Below, piece by piece: positions 18,168 to 28,567 of a stretch of 64,000 bases of DNA (within the stretch, counting starts at the first letter, position 1; each line of letters starts with the position of its first letter). The stretch covers positions 896,001 to 960,000 of the forward strand of contig CAWFFH010000003.1 in the NCBI GenBank assembly GCA_963815095.1. Reading direction: 5' to 3'. This stretch comes from Candidatus Bathyarchaeota archaeon (GTDB lineage: Archaea; Thermoproteota; Bathyarchaeia; Bathyarchaeales; Bathycorpusculaceae). The translations under genes were made by a program, and so were the position numbers. Under the pieces are notes generated by a model. It saw only the letters and a list, made by a program, of their open reading frames with translations, had not been told where the DNA came from and did not search any database.

Positions 18168-19187
18168 ATGGCAAACGAATCCATTATTCAAGTTGACCAT
18201 CTAACCAAGATGTTCAAAAAGTTTACGGCTGTAGACGACATTTCGTTCGATGTTAAGAAGGGCGAAATTTTTGGACTACTGGGACCAAACGGGGCAGGCA
18301 AAAGCACCACCCTACGCATGCTCTCCACCCTATCAAGACCTACCAAAGGAACAGCAACAATCGGCGGCTACGATACAGTAAAAAACGACACAGACGTCCG
18401 CAAATTAATTGGCATCGTGTCAGAAAAAATGATCATTTACAACCGCTTAACTGCGAAAGAGAACCTGTCGTTCTTCGGGAGCCTCTTCAACATCCAAAAA
18501 GACACGTTAAACAAACGAATCGATGACTTACTTGAGCTTGTTCAATTAACCAAATTCAAGGACGCTCAAGTCGGGACGTTCTCGACTGGTATGCGCCAAA
18601 GAATGAACGTGGTCCGAGCCTTGCTTAACATGCCTCAAGTACTATTTCTTGATGAGCCAACTTTAGGTTTAGATCCCCAATCATCAGTGGAAATTAGGGA
18701 GTTCGTGAGAAAACTCAACCAGGAACAAGGAACTACTGTCATCATAACTACACACATGATGCTTGACGCTGACTTGTTATGCGACCGAATAGCTATTGTC
18801 GACCACGGAAAAATCATAGCCCTTGACACTTCAACTAATCTTAAAAAGATAATTTCAGGCGGAGACACAATGATAATTAAACTTGAAGTAGCAAACCTAA
18901 CAGCCAACATGGTAGCCACTGTAAAAGGGCTCAGTTGTGCCGATGCGGTTACGCAGGAAAACTCCACAACCCTGCACGTTATAGTTCATGGTGAAGAAGC
19001 TTTTGACTCTATTATTGATTCTATCAGAAAGTCAAATGGAAAGATAACTTCAATGGCGAATCTGCAACCTTCACTTGAAGACGTATTCCTGCACATCACA
19101 GGCCACGAAGTCCGAGACAGCGCAGACCAGAAAATCAAGCAGGAGAATGGACCAAGGTTTGGTGCAGCTCCAAGTAGAGTAAGGTGA
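18168..19187 (+). CDS. ABC exporter ATP-binding protein (DrrA-like)
   Basis: GPNGAGKST, FSTGMRQR, LFLDEPT, TTH, PSLEDVFL. Confidence 0.95.
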   Translation: MANESIIQVDHLTKMFKKFTAVDDISFDVKKGEIFGLLGPNGAGKSTTLRMLSTLSRPTKGTATIGGYDTVKNDTDVRKLIGIVSEKMIIYNRLTAKENLSFFGSLFNIQKDTLNKRIDDLLELVQLTKFKDAQVGTFSTGMRQRMNVVRALLNMPQVLFLDEPTLGLDPQSSVEIREFVRKLNQEQGTTVIITTHMMLDADLLCDRIAIVDHGKIIALDTSTNLKKIISGGDTMIIKLEVANLTANMVATVKGLSCADAVTQENSTTLHVIVHGEEAFDSIIDSIRKSNGKITSMANLQPSLEDVFLHITGHEVRDSADQKIKQENGPRFGAAPSRVR

Positions 19188-19193
19188 TAGAAC

Positions 19194-20393
19194 ATGACCG
19201 CACAAACTATTCTTCAACACAGCTATAGAATCGCGAAAAAAGACTTAACCGAATTGTTCCGCAACCGCCTAGGCTTAGTTCTCTTAATCGTCATGCCTTT
19301 GTTCATGATGGTTATGGTGGGCTTCATCTACCCGTCTAACGGCACAATCACGGGTTTGCAGATAGGCTTGGTCAACGAGGACTCAGGCTTCAATGGAGCA
19401 TTTATGTCTAACACGACTCATGGAGGTTTTATCCAGAGTTTGGAAGTAATCAATGATCAAACACACATGCTCGTGATAACTAACGTCTCAAGTACAGCAA
19501 GCCTCAGGGATATGGTGCAGCGTGGAGAACTGGAAGGCGGTGTAGTCATACCCAGCAACTTCTCCCAAAGTATGCTAACTGGGCAACAGGGCACCCTCAT
19601 AATAGTCAGCGATGAATCAAACCCCCAGATATCCGCGACAATCCAAGCTGCCTTAAGCGGTGTGTTCAATGCAATGGGTCAACAAATAGCCATGCACAAC
19701 GTTCAGACATTGAATTCAACAGTTACAAATCCCCTTGCAGTTATACAGCCCTTTAATGTGCAGACTCAAGGTGTAATTTCAGGTCATCCAAGTTACTTTG
19801 ACTTCATCGCGCCAGGCATCATGGCTATGACTGTTATGATGAGTGTCATGACAGGCTTGCCAGTTGCAATTTCACAAGAGAAGGAAATCGGCACGATGGA
19901 TGGCATGATGGTTGCGCCGGTAAATCGCCTTTCAATCCTTCTGGGTAAGACTGCAGCGCAGACGGCCAGAGGCTTAATTCAGGGTATCATAATCTTGGGA
20001 TTAGCCATCGGCATATTCGGAGTTGCTGTGCAGGGCAGCTTGCTGCTGGTGTTTGCACTGCTTTTGCTGGGCGTATTTAGCTTCGTCGGCTTAGGCATAG
20101 TCATAACATCGTTCACTAAAGACCAAGAAACCGCACAGATGCTCATGATGACACTGATGTTTCCAATGATGTTCCTCTCGGGAGTATTCTTCCCTATACA
20201 GCAAATGCCAGGCTTCATGCAGACTATAGCACATTTCCTGCCGCTAACCTACGCAAGCGATGCACTGCGAAAAGTCATGGTGCTGGGCGCAGGAATACCT
20301 CAAATATCCACTGACCTCATAGTATTGATAGTGTTCGGCGTAGTCATGATCGCAATCGCACTGCCAGTCTTCCGAAGAATGATGACACGGTAG
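19194..20393 (+). CDS. ABC-2 type exporter permease
   Basis: N-terminal TM, extracellular loop, EKEIGT, FLSGVFFP, PLTY; multiple TM helices. Confidence 0.93.
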   Translation: MTAQTILQHSYRIAKKDLTELFRNRLGLVLLIVMPLFMMVMVGFIYPSNGTITGLQIGLVNEDSGFNGAFMSNTTHGGFIQSLEVINDQTHMLVITNVSSTASLRDMVQRGELEGGVVIPSNFSQSMLTGQQGTLIIVSDESNPQISATIQAALSGVFNAMGQQIAMHNVQTLNSTVTNPLAVIQPFNVQTQGVISGHPSYFDFIAPGIMAMTVMMSVMTGLPVAISQEKEIGTMDGMMVAPVNRLSILLGKTAAQTARGLIQGIIILGLAIGIFGVAVQGSLLLVFALLLLGVFSFVGLGIVITSFTKDQETAQMLMMTLMFPMMFLSGVFFPIQQMPGFMQTIAHFLPLTYASDALRKVMVLGAGIPQISTDLIVLIVFGVVMIAIALPVFRRMMTR

Positions 20394-20403
20394 GATAGAG
20401 AAA

Positions 20404-20559
20404 ATGAGCACACTCTGTTCCAAATGTCCCTTCTTCCAACTTGCCCCCCTTTTGAGGCGCAAGAACGCACGCAAACGATGCCGCATCGAACCCCAAAGAC
20501 AACTCCGAATCTACGAATGCAAAGACTATCCCGAAAAAAAGGGGCTCTTCAAAAAATAA
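20404..20559 (+). CDS. 51-aa basic four-Cys microprotein (not in ORF track)
   Basis: MSTLCSKCPFFQLAPLLRRKNARKRCRIEPQRQLRIYECKDYPEKKGLFKK; starts 10 nt after the permease stop and is followed by a T-tract. Confidence 0.6.
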   Translation: MSTLCSKCPFFQLAPLLRRKNARKRCRIEPQRQLRIYECKDYPEKKGLFKK

Positions 20560-20765
20560 TTCTTTTTTTTCATTTATTAGTCACTTACCTTTCTTCAAGC
20601 CCTCTCCTACGTTTTTTAACCTTTGGAAATGAAATTTAGGGCTTTTTTTCGACTTTTTAGTTGTTTTTTAGGATCTTTTACGCTATTCGACAGTTTGTTT
20701 TAGTGGATTATTCCCGTTATGGTTTTATATTCTACAAGCATACAACTGAAAAGAAGAGAATCCTC

Positions 20766-22208
20766 ATGTCTGATACTGGTATAACCGTAAAGAAATGTGA
20801 CGACTTCAGCGAATGGTACGTCCAAGTGGTTTTGAAAGCTGGACTGGCAGATTACGCGCCCGTTAAAGGCTGCATGATTATTCGCCCCGACGCTTACTCG
20901 GTTTGGGAGAAAATCCAAGAAGTAGTCAACCAAAAAATCAAAGCTACCGGGCACCACAATGCCTATTTCCCCATGTTTATCCCAGAAGCATTCCTCAAAA
21001 AAGAAGCCGAGCACTTCGCAGGCTTCACCCCAGAAGTCGCATGGATTACACAGGGTGGCGACACCCCGCTTGAAGAGAAGTTGGCGGTTCGACCTACCAG
21101 TGAAACCATAATGTACGCGATGTTTAGCAAGTGGATACGCAGCTGGAGAGATTTGCCCTTGAAAATTAATCAGTGGTGCAACATCGTACGTTGGGAAACC
21201 AAGGCAACGAAGCTGTTTTTGCGGACACGCGAGTTTCTCTGGCAGGAAGGCCATACCGCACACGCAACCGCTCAAGAAGCCGAAGCTGAAGTTATGTACG
21301 CGCTCGGTGAGTACAAAGACATTATGGAAAATTACTTAGCTATTCCAGTGGTTGTTGGCACCAAGAGTGACAGCGAAAAGTTTGCTGGCGCCATTTACAC
21401 AACAGCGCTTGAATCAATCATGCCTGACGGCAAAGCTTTGCAGATGGGAACTAGCCATAACTTGGGACAACACTTCGCTAAAGTCTTCGATGTTAAATTC
21501 ATCGGCGAAGACAAACAAGACCACTTTGTATGGCAAACCAGTTGGGGCATTACCACACGGCTAATCGGTGCAATGATTATGGTTCACGGCGACGACAAAG
21601 GCTTAGTGATGCCGCCAAAAGTTGCACCAACACAAGTTGTAATCGTCCCCATTCCATTCAAAGGACTCGAAGCAGAAGCAATCGCCGCTAAAACCAAGGA
21701 AATCGCAGCCACCCTCAAAACTTACGGCATCAGCGTAATTCTCGACGACCGCAACGAGTACACGCCAGGATGGAAATTCCACCAATGGGAACTAAAAGGC
21801 ATCCCAATACGCTTAGAACTCGGTCCAAGAGATCTCAAAGCAGGACAAGTCGTTATGGTCCGACGCGACACAGGCCAAAAAACCCCAGTAACCGATGCCG
21901 ACATCCCAGCAACAGTCGAGAAGCTGCTACAGGAAATCCAAGACAACATGTTTGCAAAAGCCAAAACCGTCCTCCAAGACAAAACCACCTCTGTGCGAAG
22001 CTATGAGGAATTCAAGAAAGTGCTAGAAGAAAAAGGCGGATTTGTCAAAGCAGCATGGTGCGGTAGCCCAGACTGCGAAGCAAAGGTAAAAGACGAAACA
22101 GGTGCCACTATCCGCATTCGACCATTCCAGATAGAAGAGCCAACCTCAAACTGCATAGTTTGTGGAGAGAAAGCTAAAGAAACAGCTTATTTCGCCAGGT
22201 CATACTAA
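20766..22208 (+). CDS. proS: Proline-tRNA ligase (archaeal/eukaryotic type)
   Basis: FSEWY, RPTSET, RTREFLWQEGHT, QTSWG.TTR, C-terminal FARSY. Confidence 0.98.
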   Translation: MSDTGITVKKCDDFSEWYVQVVLKAGLADYAPVKGCMIIRPDAYSVWEKIQEVVNQKIKATGHHNAYFPMFIPEAFLKKEAEHFAGFTPEVAWITQGGDTPLEEKLAVRPTSETIMYAMFSKWIRSWRDLPLKINQWCNIVRWETKATKLFLRTREFLWQEGHTAHATAQEAEAEVMYALGEYKDIMENYLAIPVVVGTKSDSEKFAGAIYTTALESIMPDGKALQMGTSHNLGQHFAKVFDVKFIGEDKQDHFVWQTSWGITTRLIGAMIMVHGDDKGLVMPPKVAPTQVVIVPIPFKGLEAEAIAAKTKEIAATLKTYGISVILDDRNEYTPGWKFHQWELKGIPIRLELGPRDLKAGQVVMVRRDTGQKTPVTDADIPATVEKLLQEIQDNMFAKAKTVLQDKTTSVRSYEEFKKVLEEKGGFVKAAWCGSPDCEAKVKDETGATIRIRPFQIEEPTSNCIVCGEKAKETAYFARSY

Positions 22209-22213
22209 CCGAC

Positions 22214-24040
22214 TTAGCTCAACATAAGCTGACTTGCCACGTCAGCTAGTCCCAACTTTTCCAAAGTTTCTTTTTTCGGAACCCCATTCTTGTCCCAGCC
22301 ACGCTTCTGATAGTAAATATCGAGCATAGCGTCGTATTTTTCTATGTCAAGCACTGCGCCTTTTAGGGGACCTTCGGTTAGGGGTTCTTTGAACCATCGC
22401 ATTGGAGGAACATCTAATCTCCAGCTCCATTTCTCGCCGTATTCTCGCACCCAGAAAGCGCGGATTAGGGTTAGAATTCGGTCGCCAACTTGGTTTAGCT
22501 GTTCCATAGAAAAGTTCACTCCAGTCGATGCTCGCAGGTATTTTTGGTACCATTCCATCTCAAAGCCTAATGAGCCGTGGGGAAAACGGCAGACGGTAAG
22601 TGCTTCGAAGACTCCGCCTCGTAAGAGCTGGGTCTGAATTAGGTGGTCCACTTTTGCTTCGTCATATTTTTCTCTTCCAGTTTTCTGTTCCCAGGTAATG
22701 ATCCAGGCGTCTTTGTGGTGGGCGCCAATTGAGCTTGTGCCATAAGCTAATGCCATGCCTGGTGCAATGTGGCAATCATAGGCGGATACTTCTAAGCCTT
22801 TAACATGCATCGCCCATTCACTTGAGCCTTTGCCAATGGTTTCGGCTGCGGAGCGCACGCCTTCAGCTAAAACCGCGCCTAAACCACGACGATAGGCAAT
22901 ATCGTAAATCAACGCTTTGATCGCTTCAAAGTCACCCCAGCCGATCTTCTGGGGGATTAGACCTTTTTCGGAGGCTTCCATCGCAAAGCCAATGACGCTC
23001 CCGAGAGAAATGCTGTCGAAGCTAAATTCGTCTGCCAAACGGTTTAGGGTAGCGACTTGAGCAAGATCACCTAAACCGATGTTCGAGCCAAGCATAACTA
23101 CGTTTTCGTAGTCCAATTCGGATTCTTTGCCTTCGCTGTCTTTGACGACGTTGCCGCAGGTCATGTTGCACTGCGGGCATCCTCGGTTGGAAATCTTCAA
23201 CTTCTCCATCGTGAAACCGTTTATTCCTTCGGCTTTGTCGAAAACGCCTTGTCTATAGTTGTGAGTGGGGAGGCAGCTGTTTTCTTGACACCACTCAACC
23301 GTTGACATGGTGCCTTGCCGTTTCCAAAAAGAATAGAGTGGTTTTGCTAGAAGTTCTTTGTAACCGTCAACTGCCAGTTGTTTCATTTCTTCGGCGTTTG
23401 CAAGCGGAATTGGCTGGGTGCCTTCGACTACGACGGCTTTAAGGTTCTTGGAGCCCATGACCGCGCCCATGCCCGGCCGCCCGCCAGCACGCCCATTCTG
23501 CGAAACCACTGTAGCAAACCTCACAAGGTTTTCACCAGCAGGACCAATAGAAACGATGCCAGCTAACTTGGAGTATTTTTTCCTAAGTTGTGCTTCAACT
23601 TCAAACGTGCTCTTGCCCCATAAATCCGCGGCATCCAAAAACTCACAGGTTTTATCTTTGATTTGAAGTATGACAGGTTTGGAAGCTTTGCCTTCAATAA
23701 CAAATGCGTCATAGCCAGCTTTACGTATGTTCACAGCCGCCCAACTTCCAGAGTTGCCGTCGCCGTAGCCGCCGGTCAAGGGACTTTTTGAAGCAATGAC
23801 AAGTTTACCGCTGTTAGGCAACCCGATGCCCGTGAGCGGTCCAGTGGCCAAAATGAGTTTGTTTTCAGGCGAAAAAGGGTCTGTTCCCTGCTTGAGAGTG
23901 TCCCAGAGAATTTTGATTGCAAAGCCTCTGCCGCCCAAAAAATTTAACGCCAAATCTTCACTGTACATTTCAGCGACAGCCGCGCTTTTGGTTAAATCTA
24001 CCTTTAAGAAAAACCCTGTCCATCCCTTCATTATAGTCAT
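22214..24040 (-). CDS. aor: Tungsten-containing aldehyde:ferredoxin oxidoreductase family
   Basis: LGGRG, SKSPLTG, IGPAGENLV, AGGRPGMGAVMGSKNLKA, CxxCxxxC, YYQKRGWD. Confidence 0.93.
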   Translation of the reverse strand: MTIMKGWTGFFLKVDLTKSAAVAEMYSEDLALNFLGGRGFAIKILWDTLKQGTDPFSPENKLILATGPLTGIGLPNSGKLVIASKSPLTGGYGDGNSGSWAAVNIRKAGYDAFVIEGKASKPVILQIKDKTCEFLDAADLWGKSTFEVEAQLRKKYSKLAGIVSIGPAGENLVRFATVVSQNGRAGGRPGMGAVMGSKNLKAVVVEGTQPIPLANAEEMKQLAVDGYKELLAKPLYSFWKRQGTMSTVEWCQENSCLPTHNYRQGVFDKAEGINGFTMEKLKISNRGCPQCNMTCGNVVKDSEGKESELDYENVVMLGSNIGLGDLAQVATLNRLADEFSFDSISLGSVIGFAMEASEKGLIPQKIGWGDFEAIKALIYDIAYRRGLGAVLAEGVRSAAETIGKGSSEWAMHVKGLEVSAYDCHIAPGMALAYGTSSIGAHHKDAWIITWEQKTGREKYDEAKVDHLIQTQLLRGGVFEALTVCRFPHGSLGFEMEWYQKYLRASTGVNFSMEQLNQVGDRILTLIRAFWVREYGEKWSWRLDVPPMRWFKEPLTEGPLKGAVLDIEKYDAMLDIYYQKRGWDKNGVPKKETLEKLGLADVASQLMLS

Positions 24041-24183
24041 CAAAACCAATTTGTACTTTAGGCGTTCGGGAATAAAAATGTGCTGAGGGCATTCTTAGGG
24101 TCCAATTCCCACAAACTATTTGTCCAATTTAGGGAAGATTTATTTTTTGGGCTATCAAGTGTTCTGGGTACAGGTAACACAGC

Positions 24184-25422
24184 TTGGCGCACGTTAAGGT
24201 CACGAAGAGGGCAAGCAACATCGAGTATGCAATAAGAGACGTTATAGTTCATACTCAGGAGCTCATTAAGAACGGCAAAAAAATCTATTACCTGAACATC
24301 GGCGACCCCGCTGCGTTCGACTTTAAAACGCCACAATACGTCAAAGATGCCCTCTGCAAAGCAATTGACTGTGACGACAATTACTATTCGCCGTCCGAGG
24401 GCAGGTTGGAACTTCGCGAAGCTATAGTACGTAAAGAAAAAAGAGTAAACGATGTTGACATAACAGCCAACAACGTTTTGATTACTGAGGGCATTTCGGA
24501 GGGCATCCAGATGATTCTGGCGGCGCTGGTTGAGAAGGGCGACGAAATCCTCTTTCCTGGACCAACTTATCCACCCTACATTTCATACACCAAATTCTTT
24601 GAGGGTACCCCGGTCGCTTACGAAACAATCGAAGAGGAAGGTTGGGTGCCAAATATTGATGATTTACGCAGCAAAATCTCAGCTAAAACCAGAGCTATTG
24701 TAATAACTAATCCAAACAACCCTACAGGTTCAGTTTACAGCGAAAAATACATTAAAGAAATGCTTGACATCGCAGGCGAAAATAACTTGCCTGTGTTATC
24801 TGACGAGATTTATGACCAATTAACCTACGAGAAACCATTCGTAAGCACTGCTCACCTCTCCAAAGATGTGCCCGTGGTTGGTTTAAACGGGTTCTCAAAA
24901 GTTTACCAAATGACTGGTTGGCGTTTAGGATACATGTACTTCAAAGGTGAAGGCAAACAGCTAGATGACCTCAAGATGGGTGTAGAAAAACAATGCCGCA
25001 TCCGCTTATGCGCAAACACACCTGTTCAAATCGCTGGAGCAGCCGCACTCAACGGACCCCAAGACTTCGTTAAAGGCATTGTCGAAAAACTAAGAGAAAG
25101 ACGTGACTACGCGTTTAAACGCCTAAACGAAATCGAAGGTATTAGCGCAACAAAACCTGAAGGTGCTTTCTACATATTCCCCAAAATCCGCGACATTGGA
25201 TCAAGGTGGAAAAACGATATGGAATTTGTCGTTCAAGTGCTCAAAGAAACGGGCGTTTTAATCGTGAACGGTTCAGGATTCGACCCTTACTATGGGAAAG
25301 ATCATGCAAGAATTGTTTTTCTGCCGCCCTGCGAAGAACTCGAAGAAGCCTTCAACTGCTTAGAGCAATTCATGAAGAAGAAACAAAAGAAAGAAAGCCT
25401 TGGCCATGTCGGCTACGGCTAA
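24184..25422 (+). CDS. Class I/II PLP aminotransferase (AlaA/AlaAT-like)
   Basis: EYAIRD, LNIGDP, NPNNPTG, DEIYD, NGFSKVYQMTGWRLG. Confidence 0.9.
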   Translation: MAHVKVTKRASNIEYAIRDVIVHTQELIKNGKKIYYLNIGDPAAFDFKTPQYVKDALCKAIDCDDNYYSPSEGRLELREAIVRKEKRVNDVDITANNVLITEGISEGIQMILAALVEKGDEILFPGPTYPPYISYTKFFEGTPVAYETIEEEGWVPNIDDLRSKISAKTRAIVITNPNNPTGSVYSEKYIKEMLDIAGENNLPVLSDEIYDQLTYEKPFVSTAHLSKDVPVVGLNGFSKVYQMTGWRLGYMYFKGEGKQLDDLKMGVEKQCRIRLCANTPVQIAGAAALNGPQDFVKGIVEKLRERRDYAFKRLNEIEGISATKPEGAFYIFPKIRDIGSRWKNDMEFVVQVLKETGVLIVNGSGFDPYYGKDHARIVFLPPCEELEEAFNCLEQFMKKKQKKESLGHVGYG

Positions 25423-25429
25423 GAGAAAT

Positions 25430-26314
25430 TTAGATTTTTGTGCCCTGTTTTGGGTCTTCGATTACTTTCTGGAACCCGATCATTAGTTTCTTTGTAATTG
25501 TCCCAGGTTTTCCGTCGCCGATTATGCGTTTGTTGACTTCGCGGATAGGCACCATTTCCATAGCTGTACCCGTGAAGAATGCTTCGTCAGCGGTGAAGAG
25601 CATAAATGGAGTTAGGTTAGTTATTATGAGGTCTATGTCGAGTTTTGCACAAAGTTCAGCCACGACGTCTGCTGTGATGCCTGCCAATGCGCCTGTAGAT
25701 GTAGGCGGCGTAAAGACTTCGCCTTTTTTAACGATAAAGATGTTTTCGCCAACGCCCTCCGCTATGCAGCCGCTCGCTTCTAAGCAGATTGCTTCGTCGA
25801 CTCCGTTTGCGTTCGCTTCTATCTTTGCCAGCACGCTGTTTAGGTAGTTGAGCGATTTTATCTCGTGGGTGGTTGCATCAACTGGGTTTCTGCGTACCCA
25901 GCTAAACATGGTTGTAATGCCGACCTCTTTGGCGTTGCCTGCTTTGATGTTGATAGTATCGGTTATGATTATAATTGTGGGTTTGGGGCATTTACGTGGG
26001 TCCAATCCCAAGTCGCCAACTCCTCTTGAAACGATTAAGCGGATGTAGGAGTCCTTCATTTTGTTTTTTCTTAGCGTTTCAACTACTGCGTTTGCCATTT
26101 CTTCTTTTGTTAGTGGGATCTGGAGCATTATACCTTTGGCTGAACGGTAAAGGCGGTCAATGTGTTCTTTGAGCTTAAAGACTACACCGTTGTATTCGCG
26201 GATGCCTTCAAACACGCCGTCGCCGTAGAGGAATCCGTGGTCGTAGACGGAGATTTTAGCTTGTGATTTAGGGTAGAATTCGCCGTCTATGTATACTTGA
26301 TGTTCATTGATCAT
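25430..26314 (-). CDS. ilvE: Branched-chain amino acid aminotransferase
   Basis: DHGFLYGDGVFEGIR, KSLNYLN, EGVGENIF, LAGIT, ADEAFFTGTA. Confidence 0.96.
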   Translation of the reverse strand: MINEHQVYIDGEFYPKSQAKISVYDHGFLYGDGVFEGIREYNGVVFKLKEHIDRLYRSAKGIMLQIPLTKEEMANAVVETLRKNKMKDSYIRLIVSRGVGDLGLDPRKCPKPTIIIITDTINIKAGNAKEVGITTMFSWVRRNPVDATTHEIKSLNYLNSVLAKIEANANGVDEAICLEASGCIAEGVGENIFIVKKGEVFTPPTSTGALAGITADVVAELCAKLDIDLIITNLTPFMLFTADEAFFTGTAMEMVPIREVNKRIIGDGKPGTITKKLMIGFQKVIEDPKQGTKI

Positions 26315-26408
26315 TTGTTTTCCCCTTCTTGGATGACTGTTTCATATTGTACAATTGTTTGATATAGTTTATCCCAGTGATACATACGATTCGTTTACAT
26401 CTGATTTA

Positions 26409-28313
26409 TTAACCATGGAACTGCGGCCGTTTAGACATGAGTAGCGGCAATGGCAAAGCTTTGTAGGGCTTGCCAGCGATTTTCTCGGACACCTTCGCAA
26501 TCAACTCTTCTGCCGTCATGTTTTGCTGTTGACCCTTAAGCTCGCGAACTCTAACAGAGAGAGTGCCTGATTCGATTTCTTTTTCGCCCACAACGATAAT
26601 GTAGGGTACCCATTCCTGTTCAGCTTCACGGATTTTCTTCTGCAATGTCGAAGCAGAGTCATCGATGTCAACGCGGATGCAGTGGGCACTAATTTGTGTT
26701 GCAAGTTGCTCCATTTTGTCAAGGAACTTGTCGGAAATTGGAATAAGCCGTACTTGAGTCGGCGAAAGCCATAGCGGAAGCATCGGCGCTTTTCCTGTCA
26801 TCTGTTCGCGGTAAGCCTTCTCCAGTAACGCATAGATGTCACGCTCGATGGCGCCGCTTGGGCTACAATGGAGAATCAAAGGATATTGTTTTTCACCTTT
26901 CTCATCGACGAAAGTGATTTCATAGCGTTTAGCGTTTTCGACGTCGATTTGGTCAGTGCTGAGGGCCGCCGCTTTATCCTGGTTATCTATAAAGTTGAGG
27001 TCCCATTTTAACTCAAAATAGAAGAACCGTTCATTCCAAACCTCAGCCAAGATTGGTTTACCAAAAGCTGATGCTAACTCTGTTATGAAGTCTTTGTGTT
27101 CTGCGTAGAAATCTTTGGTGAAGCGCATGGCTATTTCGTAATCGTCTTTCACTAAACCAATATTACTTAAGACTTCGATGCAGAGATTGAATCGGATCAT
27201 GAATTCTTTTTTTGCTTGATCTAAGTCCGTACAGAATGCGTGGCAGTCGGGCATCGTGAACGCTCTTAGGCGTTTTAAGCCGACGACTTCACCGCTTTTT
27301 TCTCGGCGGAAACTGTAGCGTGTGAGTTCATAGAGTTTAATCGGCATTTGTTTGTAGCTGAACTGGGCGTCATGCGCCATAAGGAATTGACCAAAACATG
27401 CGGCAAAACGCAAGAAAAGCTCCTTATCCTCGGATTTGAGAGTGTATTGGCGTGCTGGGAAACGGTTGAGGTAACTTTTGAGGCTTGGGTGATTGAAGTC
27501 ATACATAAGGGGCGTTTCGACTTCCATGCCGCCGTAAGCTGCAACTTTTGCTGAGACGTATTGTTCAAGGAGTGATTTTATCATGCGCCCTTTTGGATAC
27601 CAGCGGATGTTTCCTGGGTCACTGCCGGGCTCATAATCGGCAATTTCTAGACGCTTCATGAGCGGCACATGTGGAGGCATAACTGTAACTGCACGGGTTT
27701 TCTTAATTTCGTAATTGGAGAACTTTTGCAGGTTTGCATGTCCTTTGAATTTGAATTCTTCGATAGGCACCAATGAACCGTCGGTTTGAAGTATGTGCCA
27801 GTAGGATTTCATGGTGTCTTCGGCTTTCAGAGCAGCGGAGATGGGTTCTTCTTCTTTTTTGGTTTCACATGGAGCTGCTGTATCTGTTGCGGCGGCTGCC
27901 TGTGTTGGCGCGTAGCTTCGGGACTGCTCAGCAAGCGGATGTCCCTTGATAGAAATTGTAAATTGTTTGTTCCAGCCAAACGGGGCACGGTTGGTTTCGA
28001 TGCCTTTTTCTTTAGCGTAGGCTTCCATGTCCTTGATTATTTTTAATGCCTCTGAGGGCTGGGACAGGTTGCTGCTTAAATGAGCGAATGGGTAGATGAG
28101 GATGCGGTTAGCCTTGAGTTTTCCCAAAAATGCCCGCACATCATCGATGGCCTTCTTTGCCATAGCGGAGTTGTCGCCTTCCTCAATCGCAGTGAATAGA
28201 ACAACGACTTCTTCAACGCGAGTTTCAACTTTTTCCGCTTCCTCAGCGGTTTTGATTTCTTTTTCGACAGGTTTGAAAACTATAAAGTTAGAATGTAACT
28301 GCAAAATTCGCAT
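26409..28313 (-). CDS. thrS: Threonine-tRNA ligase, archaeal type with N-terminal editing domain
   Basis: MRILQLHS, YPFAHLS, PFGWNK, KGHPLAE, LRFAACFGQF, RLRAFTMPDCH, LHCSPSG. Confidence 0.98.
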   Translation of the reverse strand: MRILQLHSNFIVFKPVEKEIKTAEEAEKVETRVEEVVVLFTAIEEGDNSAMAKKAIDDVRAFLGKLKANRILIYPFAHLSSNLSQPSEALKIIKDMEAYAKEKGIETNRAPFGWNKQFTISIKGHPLAEQSRSYAPTQAAAATDTAAPCETKKEEEPISAALKAEDTMKSYWHILQTDGSLVPIEEFKFKGHANLQKFSNYEIKKTRAVTVMPPHVPLMKRLEIADYEPGSDPGNIRWYPKGRMIKSLLEQYVSAKVAAYGGMEVETPLMYDFNHPSLKSYLNRFPARQYTLKSEDKELFLRFAACFGQFLMAHDAQFSYKQMPIKLYELTRYSFRREKSGEVVGLKRLRAFTMPDCHAFCTDLDQAKKEFMIRFNLCIEVLSNIGLVKDDYEIAMRFTKDFYAEHKDFITELASAFGKPILAEVWNERFFYFELKWDLNFIDNQDKAAALSTDQIDVENAKRYEITFVDEKGEKQYPLILHCSPSGAIERDIYALLEKAYREQMTGKAPMLPLWLSPTQVRLIPISDKFLDKMEQLATQISAHCIRVDIDDSASTLQKKIREAEQEWVPYIIVVGEKEIESGTLSVRVRELKGQQQNMTAEELIAKVSEKIAGKPYKALPLPLLMSKRPQFHG

Positions 28314-28328
28314 AGAGGGTGCCTCGCT

Positions 28329-28529
28329 TTAACCGTAACGCCACTTGTCGAGGGTTTTGTCTTTTTTGGTTTTCTTTTTGTATTCTTTGTAGTGTTCTTT
28401 GCAGAGGTAAGCACGTTTATCGGCGCTGCCGACACTTAATCCGGCAGCTTTAACTTTATCAGCTGATAATGAACGCTCAGCTTCTTTGCCGCAGACGCTA
28501 CATTTTACTCCTTTGTCTATACGTCCCAT
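28329..28529 (-). CDS. Small basic zinc-finger protein (CxxC...CxxH)
   Basis: MGRIDKGVKCSVCGK...AYLCKEHYKEYKK; co-oriented between pfkB and thrS. Confidence 0.85.
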   Translation of the reverse strand: MGRIDKGVKCSVCGKEAERSLSADKVKAAGLSVGSADKRAYLCKEHYKEYKKKTKKDKTLDKWRYG

Positions 28530-28567
28530 AATCAACGCCTCTCAAGTTTAACTCGTTACATATGCAG

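Noticed and set aside
20424-20639. Track ORFs 20424-20639 (+) and 20244-20486 (-)
   Set aside because: They run through T-tracts or antisense to the permease; the 20404-20559 frame is the better candidate
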